A stretch of 64,000 bases of DNA from Paraspadella gotoi. Taxonomy: Eukaryota > Animalia > Chaetognatha. Positions 25,091-38,200 of this stretch are shown piece after piece. Below the pieces are notes generated by a model. That model was given only the letters and a program-made list of their open reading frames with translations. It made no database searches and was not told the origin of the DNA. Where the stretch lies: assembly GCA_051294375.1 (NCBI GenBank), contig CM119266.1, positions 25,482,519 through 25,546,518 of the forward strand, in the 5' to 3' direction. Every line of letters starts with the position of its first letter. Positions within the stretch are counted from its first letter, which is position 1. Made by a program: the position numbers and the translations under genes.

Positions 25091-28000
25091 TCACTTTTTC
25101 ACTCCCCTTGCTGGCACGGGAGGGGGGATAGTGCGACTGGGAACGGGTGGCGGGGGACCGACTCCTCCTCGGCTTCTCGGGGGAACCGCAGGGACGCCAT
25201 TGGCGGGACGGCGGGGAACGCTGCAGTGAAGGACAGAAAAACCAAATAAAGATAAAAATTAAGATATACATATATAGATATAGAAAAATTGCTCACCTTG
25301 GCGGAATAGACGGACCATGAGTGGGCGTGGACCGACTGGGAACTGCTGGGGCGCCGTTGGCATCGGGGGATGGCAAAGCTTTGGCAGCGGGCAAGGCTGG
25401 CGGCGGTGCCGACGGCGGGGGGCGGGAGGAAGAGAGAGAGGGCGGGGCGGCGTAGGTAGGCGGTGTGGCCGAAGCCGACGGGGGCGCCGTTGTCGTCGAA
25501 ACCGGCGCTTTCGAGGGTGGCGGAGGTGGCGTTGCAAAGGGATCGTCGAATGGTGGTGACGAGTCGACGTTAAAACCGGATTCGGGGGCCCAACTCGCGG
25601 CCATGGGTGCCGGGAGTGGCACGGGGGCGCATGGAGGAGCTTCGTCTGGCTCGGAACCCCAACCGGATTCGCTGTTGTATTCAGAAAAGAAAGAACCTGG
25701 GGTTTGCTGCAAACACGATTTCCACTGACTTTAAAAATAATCCTGTTCAGTCTTTCCAAACCTAAAAGGATCATGAGTCTCATTCTTAAAGGGAGCTTCA
25801 TTATGTTCGGCGTGAGCGGTACCATCGTCACCCCAGGCCTCGTTCGGATCCGTGACGATTGGCCGAAAGGATTTGGCGCCGGTTTCGTCACCAGCGGAGA
25901 CGAGCGACTCTTGAGATCTGACGGTAAAGAGGGAATTATGATGTGTAAAGCTTTAGGCTAAAGTATATCTTCAATTTTAAATTTTTGAATCCAATTCACA
26001 GCACCTAGCGTGGGCGGCGAGCGAGGAGGCCGACGGACAGCGATGCATTGGGTCGTCGTCGGCGCCAGGAACGCCCAGGCTGGACTCGGTCTTTGCGGCA
26101 ACTCCCCCGGGGGCCGAGGATTCTACAAAAGAAAGTAATGAGTGTTATACCAGAACAAAGCGCGTCCGATCCTGTGCGGTGCAATTGGGTAGATTTCGCC
26201 AGGACACTAACCGCAATCGTATGCAAGAAAGCTTGCATAAAGAGCAGCGTAATCTTTGTTAGCAAAAAAGTTTTGAAGATCCGATTACGTAGAGATGTTT
26301 GAAATCAGAAATATTGTAATAATAAACTATCAAAAAGCGTTCTAACCGGGGGTGAGAGCCGGAGGCGCGGGACGTGGCGGCGGCGGACGGGCGGGTCCCG
26401 ACTTCGGTCGAGGAGGTTTCGGTCCCGGACTTCTCGCCGGCGAAGAAGGAGCCAACGACTGGAGCGTCTCAGTCAAAAAATCGACTTCCGGTTCGTCGCT
26501 GAAGACAAAAAAGATTGCATAAAAAAAAGGAAAAGAAAAAAGGTCCGGCGCAGCGAGCATACCACGGAGTGAGATCGATGGGGGTGTTGCGCCCCGACGT
26601 GAATGGGGATCGAGCGACGCCCGGTAGGTTCAGAAGTCCGCCGCTGGGGTCAAAAGCTTGAAAGTCTGGTACCTGAATAAAAACAGTTACCGATTTCGAA
26701 AAAAAAAAATGTAATTGGCAATAATAAAAAAAGGTCATGGTTCAAAAAGCGCGAGCGTTTCGTTGAAGCTTGAGTGCAATCGAAAGCCACGCATACGATG
26801 ACTTAAAAACAAATTTAAAAATGAAAACTGGGAGATTCAGATTGGGAAAATCGGCAATCGGATCTTAAAAGAGGGAATTATCAAATTTTCAATCCATAGG
26901 GGGAAAAAATTGCATTCGGAAAGTGACACGAAAATCCTGAACGATTGTTCGGTTGGTTCTCCAGTCTCAGCTTCTTTCTCATAAGAAATTAAAAAAACCT
27001 TTACATATATTCAATCTTTGTTTATTGTTTATGATTTATGGTAAAGATATAAACAGGAAGCCGAAACTGAAAAACGTTTTTAATTATTTCGGCCTTTGTC
27101 TCGGACATTACAATTAGGTGCAACGAGTTTTTCTTTATTTTCTCCCTGTGCAAAACATACCGTCTCCTAAAATCGTGAGATGAAGCGATAAATAGATCAG
27201 CAATCGCGAATAAATGTATTTTTGCAAACAATTGTGAAAGAGATAAATAAATCTCCAACCTGAAACTCTTCCCCGAGGAGATGGCACGAAACGTGGTTGT
27301 AGAGTGGTTGGACTTGTCCTTCCAAATCTAGCGCCTTTTCCAATTCACCACAATAAGACTCGAACCATTTTTCGTTTGCGAGACGCGCTCTGATAAAACG
27401 ATGTGATATAAGTGATAATATACATCCAATCGTCGCGAACGTTCAAACACTGACGTTCAAAACAACCTGAGTTTGAGCGTGGAAGAGTTAACGTTGAGTT
27501 GGTCGAGGCGTTCCACGGCTTCGAGCGCCATTTTCCCGGTTTTCAATGTGAGTCGCATCGATAAATCGACGAATCTGAATTGGCGGGAAAATGTTTTTTA
27601 CGAGAATCTGAGGTAACCATCAAGCTATAGACTAAAAACTACTTTCCTCCATTACCTGATCAATAAAATGTCTCCGATCTCCGAGACAACGTCCATGACG
27701 AGTCGCTCCGCCTCGTCGTCGATCGTTGCTTCCGATCCGGAGGATTCGATCGCGGTCACGCAGACGGTGGCATCCCGCGGTCCGTGAGACGAAAGTAGCG
27801 ACTTTACAGCTAAAGATTTCATATTAGTGGTAAATAAGTCGACAATTTCGTCATCACAACCTATTTGTAATTGTTTTTTAACTCACTTTTCATCCTCATC
27901 TCTCTGTCGGCCTCAAAGACTTCGATGTCGAACCAGGCTACGACCGGACGATGGTCGGACGTCTTCAACTCTCCGCGTCCATAGAAGAGCAAGTTTCCTT

Positions 28001-31000
28001 GGTGGACTTCCACGTCGCGAGTCAATTGGCGCCGGCGCCACAGCACGCGATCTGCGAGCGCGGACGAGCGAGTTGGGACGATGAGAAGTATGAGAGGGTT
28101 TGGGAAAACAAAAGATTCACTTGAGCACTTAGTAAAGGCACTTATAGAGCCCTATAAATATAAATGTTACCCGTCCACGCAGGGCATCGACATTTTTCGC
28201 TCGTGTCGTAATCGTCGGAAAAGAGATCGTATTTGTAGGTGGGAGGGAAGTTGATCTCTCCTTCTACGAAACCGGCGAAGACACGATTGTCCTTTTTCTG
28301 TTGAGGAAACAACATCCACAATTGAAGCAGGCAAGAGAAAATCATTCCAAGAAGTAGTAAATTAATAACATAATGTAGTGATGTAATATCACTACCCGTT
28401 GGATACGACTGTTCGCCACTCACTTGAAGGTTAAGCTGGTCGCCTTCTGCGAGCAGGTGCCAGTTTTCTTGCTTGATCAAGTGTTTCACTTGATCGTTAG
28501 CCATGTCGATTCTGATTACAGAAACTTTTTTGTAGCGAAAATAATAGCAAGCAGTTGCAGACGCTAAAAAACCTTACCTGTAATTAAAGTCCCCGCACCA
28601 AAAAACGTAGTCATGGTTGATGATGTTCCGTCCTCGGCAGATGTCGGGTGGAAACTGTATGCGTCTCGTGATCTCATGGTAATTCTCGTTCCGTTCTGCC
28701 ATGGATTTTTTTATTTATTTAATTTTAATATTATTTAATACGAAACTCTTTTCAATATTCACCTTTAATCTCCTTTTGTCCAGCAGCCAAATGTGCGCAA
28801 ACGAAGCATAGCGATGTGGACTTATACAAAAATCGAATCGCCACGCCCCCTTTATTTCCGGCAGCGCCACCTACGATAGGCGGAGGTGCGTGAAAGGGGT
28901 CTAATGATTGGGATTTCAACGCAGCGACTCACCCAGTCCGGTTTTGACCGTATTAACGGCCACGTCCCTTATATGTGGTGCAAGCTTCCGTTTCGTAAAA
29001 ACGTAGAGACAAACCCCGACTAGTTGTTCCGAGTATATCGGCATGAATGGCTCTCCTGAATTCAAGAAACACCTTCGATAAAAAAGTTTCTGGTTGTTTC
29101 ACAATAAAAAGAAAAATGCTAGCATAACTTAATCAATAGTTTAAATTTAAACAAAATTTAAATCAACACACCAGTACTAGTTTTATTTATCAAAATTTAC
29201 CACATGGGTTTTTTTAATTGTGCACATGACCCTCTCAACTGTTTATCATTCATCATTTGTTGATTAAAAAGGCCGTTGGGAAAAAAAGAAGAGACGGCGG
29301 CTAATTTTAACTCCAATCAAAACGCCGGCAGCGACGGCCATGCAAAGGTCCCAACGTATGCAAGACAGAAGAAACGAAAAAAAACGCCAAGCCGACGAAA
29401 GGAGGAACAGGACCGACCATATAAATAAGAGGGTTCTCAGCACAATCGACAGCGACAACTGCTGCTGCGTTCGACGTAAATCGCGAGTCAACAAGCTGCG
29501 TACGGTGTCCCAATTCTTCAAAACGTTGGAGCCAACCCAACTTCCGTAAATCACGGCTGAAATTATACATGAAAGGGGATTGATAAAGATGACTGTACCG
29601 ACTTTGTCAAAATAAAAATTGATTTGGGACCTGCGACTCGCACAGGATAAAAGTAAAAAATTTTTAACGACCAGCTTGAGATCTTGTCACGAAAAGGAGA
29701 CCAATCGTGCACAAATGTGTCGATTAGCAACCGTTTCAAAGAAAACTTTCGAATTTCCGGGTGAAGTTCGTCCTTATATTCTTTAGAATCGTTGTCGGCA
29801 ATTGAATCTTTAGTATCTTCTTCATCTTATTTATATCATATAGTAAATGGGTTTTAATTGTATTAAGTTAAACAATGACAGAGAAGCAAAACATAACTAA
29901 ACCAACCGAAAAAATGAGGTTGCTTAAAGAGTTCGGAATCTCCAAAAGCGTACGAGCGGCTTGGGAAAACTGAAACCTGGTAAATGCGTACAAAGTACTA
30001 ATCAAATGATTTCAACAGCGAATTGAGGCGAATTTGAGCGACTAGTGTAACTGAGAGAATACTTGCTGAATATCACCGATCAAAGCGAAGAACGCCCAAA
30101 AAATGATAGCCAAAACGATCCAACCAACGTGGGACGAAGCACGACCAGAAACCATATTTTTGTTTGTATAGACCGAAAGTATTCAGTATTTTTTATGCTT
30201 TTCAATTTCACCTCCGACTCCATTATTAATATGTATATAGGGGGCGGGCGAGGAAGGCTATTCCGCACAACTGCTTCAAATTGCTTTCAAATGTGTGAGA
30301 AAAACCGTTGTTATTGAAAAATGCTCAGAATCTCTAAACCTGTCAATTCGATTTATTTTTACTCAAACGACCCACCAGTGGCGTTGAGTGTCTTGAGGAT
30401 TTCCGCCGCCCAGATTCTTTGATTTTCCGAACTGGTCTTGATCATGTTCTTGGCGTCGAGGTCTACCATCTCCTCGAACCCCACGGCGTAGACGTCGGGG
30501 ATGGAGCTCCATTCGGCCGATTGGTCCAGGATCTTAACGAGGAAAGGCATAGGTAGACTGAAATTTGCCAACTCGAATGAACTTAATTTAACTCAAACAG
30601 TAAATAGCTCTCACAGTCTCCGGTCGGTTCTGCTTCGCGATCGTCGGAGCGTCGACGAGCCAATCGGCCAGCGACGTCTGATGACGGAAGGCGATGTTGG
30701 TCACGTTCTTTCCGCCGTTGACGTTCCACGTTCCAACGCACACTCGTAACGAGGAAGGCGTCACGTAATCCTAAAACCGGTGGGGAACGTTCTATAATTA
30801 TGAAACGACGCCGAGAAAACGACTTTTTAATGCTTAATTCATAACTTCGTGGACACCAACACATCTCTTAAAATATTAACTAAAACATTCCAGCAGAATT
30901 GACTGGACCTGATGTTTAACGATGAGGTCGCGTAAAAGAGGAAAAGAAAGGTGAAGTAGGTTGTTGCCAAGAAGGGCATAAACTTTGTCCCCAAGTTCAG

Positions 31001-34000
31001 TTTTCAACGTATTGCCATAAAGAAGCAAATCAATGGCCTAAAAAAACAAAAAAAAAAAACTAGAATTCAGAAGTTTGTAGTTTTAGTTTTAATATTTAGT
31101 ATAGGCTAGCTGTTAATAAATTTCCTTAAGAGTAAAAAAATTGACAAGTAAAATGTAGTTTCGTATATTATTCAAAGGGGATATTCAATAATAAGAGTGA
31201 TGGAGTCCTTAAACCACCAAAGCCTGTCCAAATTCAGCGCAACATAGCTTATACATTAAATTAATGGATATTTTTATATTGGTTGTACTAATTTCATATA
31301 GAGTATCCTAGTTTAAATTTCCTACAGCAATTCTATCTAGAAATAATTTTTATCTTTACTAACTTCTAATTATCTCGCAATCTCGGCCACCGGCTCTCAA
31401 TCATCTGCTCGTTCGAAACCACTAAAACCAGACCAAAAACCGTTGCATGGCAACGAAACAAAGCCCAATTTGGCCAGAGAAGATTCGTGCCATGAACCAT
31501 AACTCCGTTGGCAAAACTGAAAAAGAAAACAAAAATGTCGATCATCCTCAGTAAAAAAAAATGTTTTATTTAACGGGGGTACAAAGCAAAATGTAGCTCT
31601 CTGCGTTTTTACCGCTCTACCGCGAAGAAAAAACTTTAGACATGGCACGGAATACAAGTTTCCGATCGAAATGCAGCGAGTTGGTCTCATTGAGACAAAG
31701 CAATGCGATGGCCTCGACGATATACATCTTGAGGGAGACTGGACCGACCGGATTCTTGCTGAAGGAAGAGGGAGAGGCAAAAAAGTTTAAAGTGCTGCTC
31801 GGCGATCCTCACACTTGTACATGTCCAAGTTTTGTTAAAGATAGGGAACTATGCAGGTTCGAACATATCGATAGATTTCTAGGGTGGACACTTACCAATG
31901 TTTGCATGAGAAATTAAAAATCCGTTGACCTACAATTTTTAACGCTTCTTCAGTCACATCTGCTGGGTGCTGTTGCGCAAGTTCCGAGTTTCGCCCGACA
32001 ATCCCATCTCGTGGCAACAGGGTCTCGTAGAAAGGGAAATTAGCGAACTGCTTCGCGGACTTCACGACTTTCAGCGTCGCCAACGTGAACACCAAAGGAA
32101 GCAACTAAAGAAGCTTAACGATTCGTTGAGATCCGACGGCGCCAAAGGACGGCCCGTAATCGAGCAAAGACACATCGAGGAAGACGACGTCTGTGCCATC
32201 TGTCAGGTAACTTCTTAACACTACCAGGAAAAGTTTATACACATATTGTATTTATATTTGTAGAAGTCATCTAAATGATATACATCATTGAAACAGGAAG
32301 AACTTTTACTGAAGAAACTGCCGCTTACTTACTGCAAGTATGGATGCGGTAATTCCATTCACATCAAATGTATGAAAGTTTGGGCGGAACATCAAAGAAG
32401 ATCGAGCATCGGGCAAGAAGGGAAGGACGAGGTCAAGTGCCCATTTTGTCGAGAAGATTTCGGCTCCCTTGCCGCCTTACTAAAGGTGTTAAAAGATGAT
32501 CGGTAGAGCGATTTTAAGTGAATATCTAAATTCAATTCATTCTTTTTGGGGGGATTGGAAGGAATATCGAACGGCCCAAGACAAGTTTATCGAGAGAACC
32601 AGAGACAAGTTTCGACATCAAGGAACAAAATGTCACGGATGCGACGCGATGCCAATCGTAGGAAAATGCTATCGATGCGAAAACTGTCCTTCTTATCACC
32701 TATGCAACCCTTGCTTCAGCAAGGGGATACACAGGCATCACAGGTACGTTAGTTGGTTGAATTCTTTAATTTTAATATTTTTTTGTAAACAAGTATTTCT
32801 CATGTAAAAATTGCAGATTCGCGTGGCGTCAAAAGACGAACCAAGTTTGGCATCCTGCAGAACGTCCTTCTGGTTCAGCACTTCCTGAGGCCATTGTTCG
32901 ATCACTCATGAACAGGTAACAAATCAATTAAGTCATTTTCATAACTGTTATGACGTGTCACCAGTGGTCCACGTCTAAGCTCTCTACATCATTTATCTAA
33001 AATAACTTTTATTATTAATCATTATTTAATATTTATCACTCAACAGAACTCTCACTTCAGCGGATTACGATCTCCTTTCTCAGCTAGACAGCGTGGCCCA
33101 TGACGCCTCGGATTCGCCGATAGACGCGGATCCTACTTGCCCCGATTATATCGTCGCCTCTATCCCAACGGAAGTCGTTTCCGACGGTGAGAGAGAAGTG
33201 GGAGTTTTCCGTTTTAATATCCCTATTGATGTTTCCACGTGGGTTTCTTCGCAGATTCGCCCCTCCTTGAACTGGGAAACGAATGCGCGGTTTGTTCTTA
33301 TCGTTATCGACGTTACGAACGCGTGAAAATCTTGCCGGGTTGCAAGCACAAGTTCCATATAGAGTGCATTGATAGGTGAAATATTCTGTATATTTGAGAT
33401 TATATTAACTTCTGGGATTTTTAATAATTTATCTACACCCGTTTACAGATGGTTGCTGCACTCTCGCGCTACGTGTCCCATCGACGGAAGTCCTGTGACG
33501 GACCCCACGCGCAACCGTCGACGACGGCCGCGTTCACGAAACAACCAAAACCGAGGGCGAGATGGACCTGCCAATTCAACAGGAGGGAACGAGGCCAAAC
33601 AGTGGCAACCACAACAGAGTCTGGTTGATGAAGGAGGGTTCGTTCTCTTTGGAAACAAAATACGTCCGAGGTTTGAGAATAAGATAAACACCGTGAGGCA
33701 AATCCGATGATAACTATATGCCAATAAGAAAAATTAAGGGAAAAATATTTTATGCAGTGGATGCTGTGATTCGCTGGTCACTTTATCGAGCTTAAACTAC
33801 CAATTTTTTAAATTGTCTTACCATAAGCACTCCTCTTTCTTTAGTTTTTCAATATAGGACAAGCAAATTATATATATTATCTTCATCATGCCAATAATCT
33901 TTTGGCACAAAAAAGCAGTCTTGGAAATTGCTTAGTCATCCAGCTAGAATTATTTGAATAAAGGCTGGAGCATCATTCTCTCAGGAACCAAAAGGTTTAT

Positions 34001-35117
34001 GGACTTAATAGTGGGCAAAAAAAACAATATATCTGTAACACTGCCTTAAAAACTCAATACAAAATTGTTCATTGCACTCGATTTTTAACAAATAGGATTC
34101 GCCGACAATTTGGCGATTTTACCATCTTTGTGAGAAAATAGATTTGAAGTTGTTAATGATAATTGATTAAAATAAAAATTATACACAAAAAATCTTAAAA
34201 ACATAAGGATCGCCGCAATCGCATGAGAAAAATTTGGATTGACAACAAATTTTGATACTAAAAAAATCAAATTTAAGAAAAAAAATTTATAAACAAAGAA
34301 AAATAAGAAAAGAATAAATGTAAAGAAAGAATAGAAAAGAAAGAAAGAATAGAAAAGAAAGAAAGAATAGAAAGGAAAGAAAAAATAGAAAGGAAAGAAA
34401 AAATAGAAAGGAAAGAAAGAATAGAAAGGAAAGAAAGAATAGAAAGGAAAGAAAAAATAGAAAGGAAAGAAAGAATAGAAAGGAAAGAAAGAATAGAAAG
34501 GAAAGAAAGAATAGAAAGGAAAGAAAGAATAGAAAGGAAAGAAAGAATAGAAAGGAAAGAAAGAATAGAAAGGAAAGAAAGAATAGAAAGGAAAGAAAGA
34601 ATAGAAAGGAAAGAAAGAATAGAAAGGAAAGAAAGAATAGAAAGGAAAGAAAGAATAGAAAGGAAAGAAAGAATATAAAAAAATGGAATAGAAAAAAAAA
34701 GAAATGAAAGAAAGGATAGAAAGAATATAAAGAATAGAAAGGAAAGAAAGAATATAAGGAAAGAAAGAAAAGAAAAGAAAGAAAAAATAGAAAGGAAAGA
34801 AAAAATAGAAAGGAAAGAAAGAATAGAAAGGAAAGAAAGAATAGAAAGGAAAGAAAGAATAGAAAGGAAAGAAAGAATAGAAAGGAAAGAAAGAATATAA
34901 AGGAAAGAAAGAAAAATAAAAAAATTACATTTGAGAAGAGAAAATTAATTTATAAACAGAAAGAAAAATTCTATTTTGCGATTGTCAATTTAAAAAATAA
35001 TAAAGTACCGAGGAAAATTAAAGTTACAGTTTCTGAAAAAAAAGAAGAAAAAAAACAAACTATTTCATTGTCAAAAAATAAACTGATCAGCAGACGCAGC
35101 CCCTGAGAAAAAAAAAA

Positions 35118-35207
<90 letters not shown>

Positions 35208-38200
35208 CCAACCGTTTTCGGACGAATCAGCAGCGGCAGCAGCAGAAGCACCCAGAAAAAAAGAAAAATCAAAAGGCAGCAACAGCAGGAGAAAAGAGAG
35301 AAAAAGAATAAGCCCCTGCAGAGCCAGCTGCAGACTTTTTTTTCCCTATGAATCAGTGACTAGGGAAAAGAGAGAGGGAGAGAGACATGTAATTAAAAGA
35401 GAAAAGAGAGAGAGAAATAAATATAAAAATAAAAGAAAAAATTTGTTTGTTTTGATAAAACGTAATCAAAACATTTATTAACTGTCCAGACTCAATTTTA
35501 AGCACATCGATGATGAGAAGCTGTATATAAATTTTCAGCTTCATACACCCACTTATGCGCAAAAGCGTTACAATATCGTCGCAAACGCTAAGCGATTGCG
35601 ACGATAAAAATGTCAAGTAGTTATTTATCATTTAAAAAAATCTGAGTAAGTATCTCATCTCAGTAGAGTACGGCAGTGGTTTATTTCGTATCATCAGATT
35701 TGGCTCACGGGGTAAACTTTTTTTTCTGTATCCCGTTGATTTTAGTGATCTCAGCCCCGAGCGATCTCCATTCTCACCCATCACGTCGGTGCAACTACGA
35801 AACGCGTTGCACGTCGGAGAATTGCCGCCGAGCGACCCCATCTCACAGGTCCTGCGACGGATGCCGGAAAACGTCGCCGTCACCTCTAGGGAAGTGATGG
35901 GGCGACAGAAAGAGGGAAACGGCGGATCGAAACGGCAGCAGGCGCTCTTCCAATTTCCCATGCCAAGAGAAAGACGGAAAAAGACAGGTTAGAAAAAAAA
36001 AAAATTTTAGTCGGATCGACTCTATAATTCACTTTGTCGGTCCGTCCCCTCAATCTTGTTGGGCATTCACTTGTATCATGTCAGAACATTGAATTATGAT
36101 AAATGATGCAAAAAAAAAAAAAAGGATGTCCGTCCGTCTGTCCCACCTTAGCAAAAAAACTCAGTGTGTGATTGAGCTGGATATGAAGTTTCGATGGAAT
36201 CGTGCAAGTGGAAATGAGTTTAAATGGAAAAAAACAAAAAATCTATTTAATATTTGAACGTCAATAACTCATGTGTGGACGGGGCGATTTACTTGAAATT
36301 TTGTATGTGGGTAGGAAAGTGTGTGATTAAGTTGGAAATAGAGTTTCAAGGGAATTGTCTGAGTGGAAATGAATTTTAAATAGAAAAAAAAACCTGCTTC
36401 ACTAATTTATTATGCTTCTTTTTCTTTTTATATTAAATGTAAATGCAAGATGTAATAATTAATCAAATAATTAATCAGTTAATTTATCAATTAATCAATT
36501 AATTAATAAATAATTAATTAATCGGTCAATTAATCAATAAATTATTCAATCAATAAATTTTTTTAGTTATCTATTAATTAATTGTTTGATCAATCAATTT
36601 ATTTAAAAATTAATTATTTAATCAATCAATCAATCAAACAAGTCAATCGTTATCGGCATTATTGTTGTCGCCATCATCGTCGTCATTGCTTTTGTTGTGG
36701 TCAGTGACGAAAAGACCTAAAAACAAACATTTCAGATCAAATGAATTAATTAATATAAATATATAAACTAAAATAATAATTTAATTAATGAATTAATTAT
36801 TTTAATCTGAAATGTTTGTTTTTCGGTCTTTTCGTCGCTGACCACGACAAAAGCAACGACGATGATGGCGACAACGACAATAATAATTATTTTAGTTTAT
36901 ATACTATATAGTTTATATTAATTAAATAATTAATTCATAAATTACCGCTAATGATCGTGGGCAGATCCGACATTGTTTGCTCAAAGTTCAAACTTGTTTA
37001 TTAAAATACTAATATTCATTGTTCATTAACTTTAAGCTTATAATTTATCTTTTCAGTCATTCATGTCGAAGGGACACCAACAACGCCACGCCTACCCATG
37101 CTGCAGGCTTCTGAGGGCGTCATCGCTGCTAAACCGATTTTACATCCCAAAGCATCTATCCCTCATAAAAATAGGTCGCTAGATAATTTACGAATATTAT
37201 TTTTATTTTTATTATTTTTATTATTAGTAAAAGAAGCAAACATTTCCCCAAATCACTTTAGAAAACGCACGACGGACGAGGGTCTGATGCCCCTGATCTC
37301 ACGACTTTCGAGCGTCGACAGCGAGGCTCGAGGCCATGCCCTATCGTCTTCAGTCTCTTCCCGCGAATCTGCTGGTAGAGATTCTCCGAATGGAACCGCC
37401 GTAGATAGGCGGCGGGCCGTGAGTCAAGGATCGATTCAAAGAGGAACATGCCTGCGAGACGCCGAATCAACAACGGGCGCCATGGGACCGAAATCGCGCA
37501 GCATGAACGCCGTCGCGGAGAGAGGCACCGTTTCGAAAACGCGAGCCGAAGTAATGCCGAAACAGGAAAGCCTTTCAATACGCGGCGTCCCAACGAGAGA
37601 AAACCTCGGGGGCGGCGGAAAAGATGAAGATGTTTCGCCCCTATTTCCGGAACCGACGCGCTTATCGATCGGATTGGCGGCGGGGCAACTGGCGAATTTT
37701 TCGCGAGGGTTACTAATGTCGACATCAAACACACCGCTGACGGTAGGGACATCGGCAGAAAGGGCCTTCGGGGGCGGAGACCACATAAGTTACGGAAGAC
37801 GAATCGGACAAGCAAAGCGATTGGCACAGCCGGGACGGTTGATGGCATTGCACAGAGGGGAGCCGACGAGGTGCTGAGTATTAACTTTTTATAAACATTT
37901 TAAAAAGTAGCTTATAATTTTGACTCTCTTATATCAGTGAGGAGGTTCCGTCGCAACCAACTTCTTCCGGCGCTGAAGACACAACCGGAGCAATTGAATT
38001 TAACGTTGTCGCCCTTACCTCCCCACTGTCAACATTGACGGAAGCAAGACTGACTAATCAACTCCAATAATATGTTTTTTTTACCGTGGTTTATGAATAA
38101 CTTGCCTAATTGTTTATTATTCTCACTTAGAATGTCGCTAAGAATTTTCAAGAATAAAATTTTAATTTTAATTAATTTTAGTACGAATCGTTTATTGAAT

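Noticed and set aside
26700-27250. Protein-like fragments in a 590-nt synaptojanin intron ([10 protein letters not shown]..., [13 protein letters not shown]...)
   Set aside because: They could not be joined into an in-phase model.
29340-29549. Plus-strand 69-aa basic [11 protein letters not shown]...
   Set aside because: Better explained as the antisense shadow of the hydrophobic nested exon.
36120-36395. GTCCGTCCGTCTGTC plus two diverged direct repeats of about 70 bp (near 36164 and 36319)
   Set aside because: Probably a repeat relic, but no termini support a classification.
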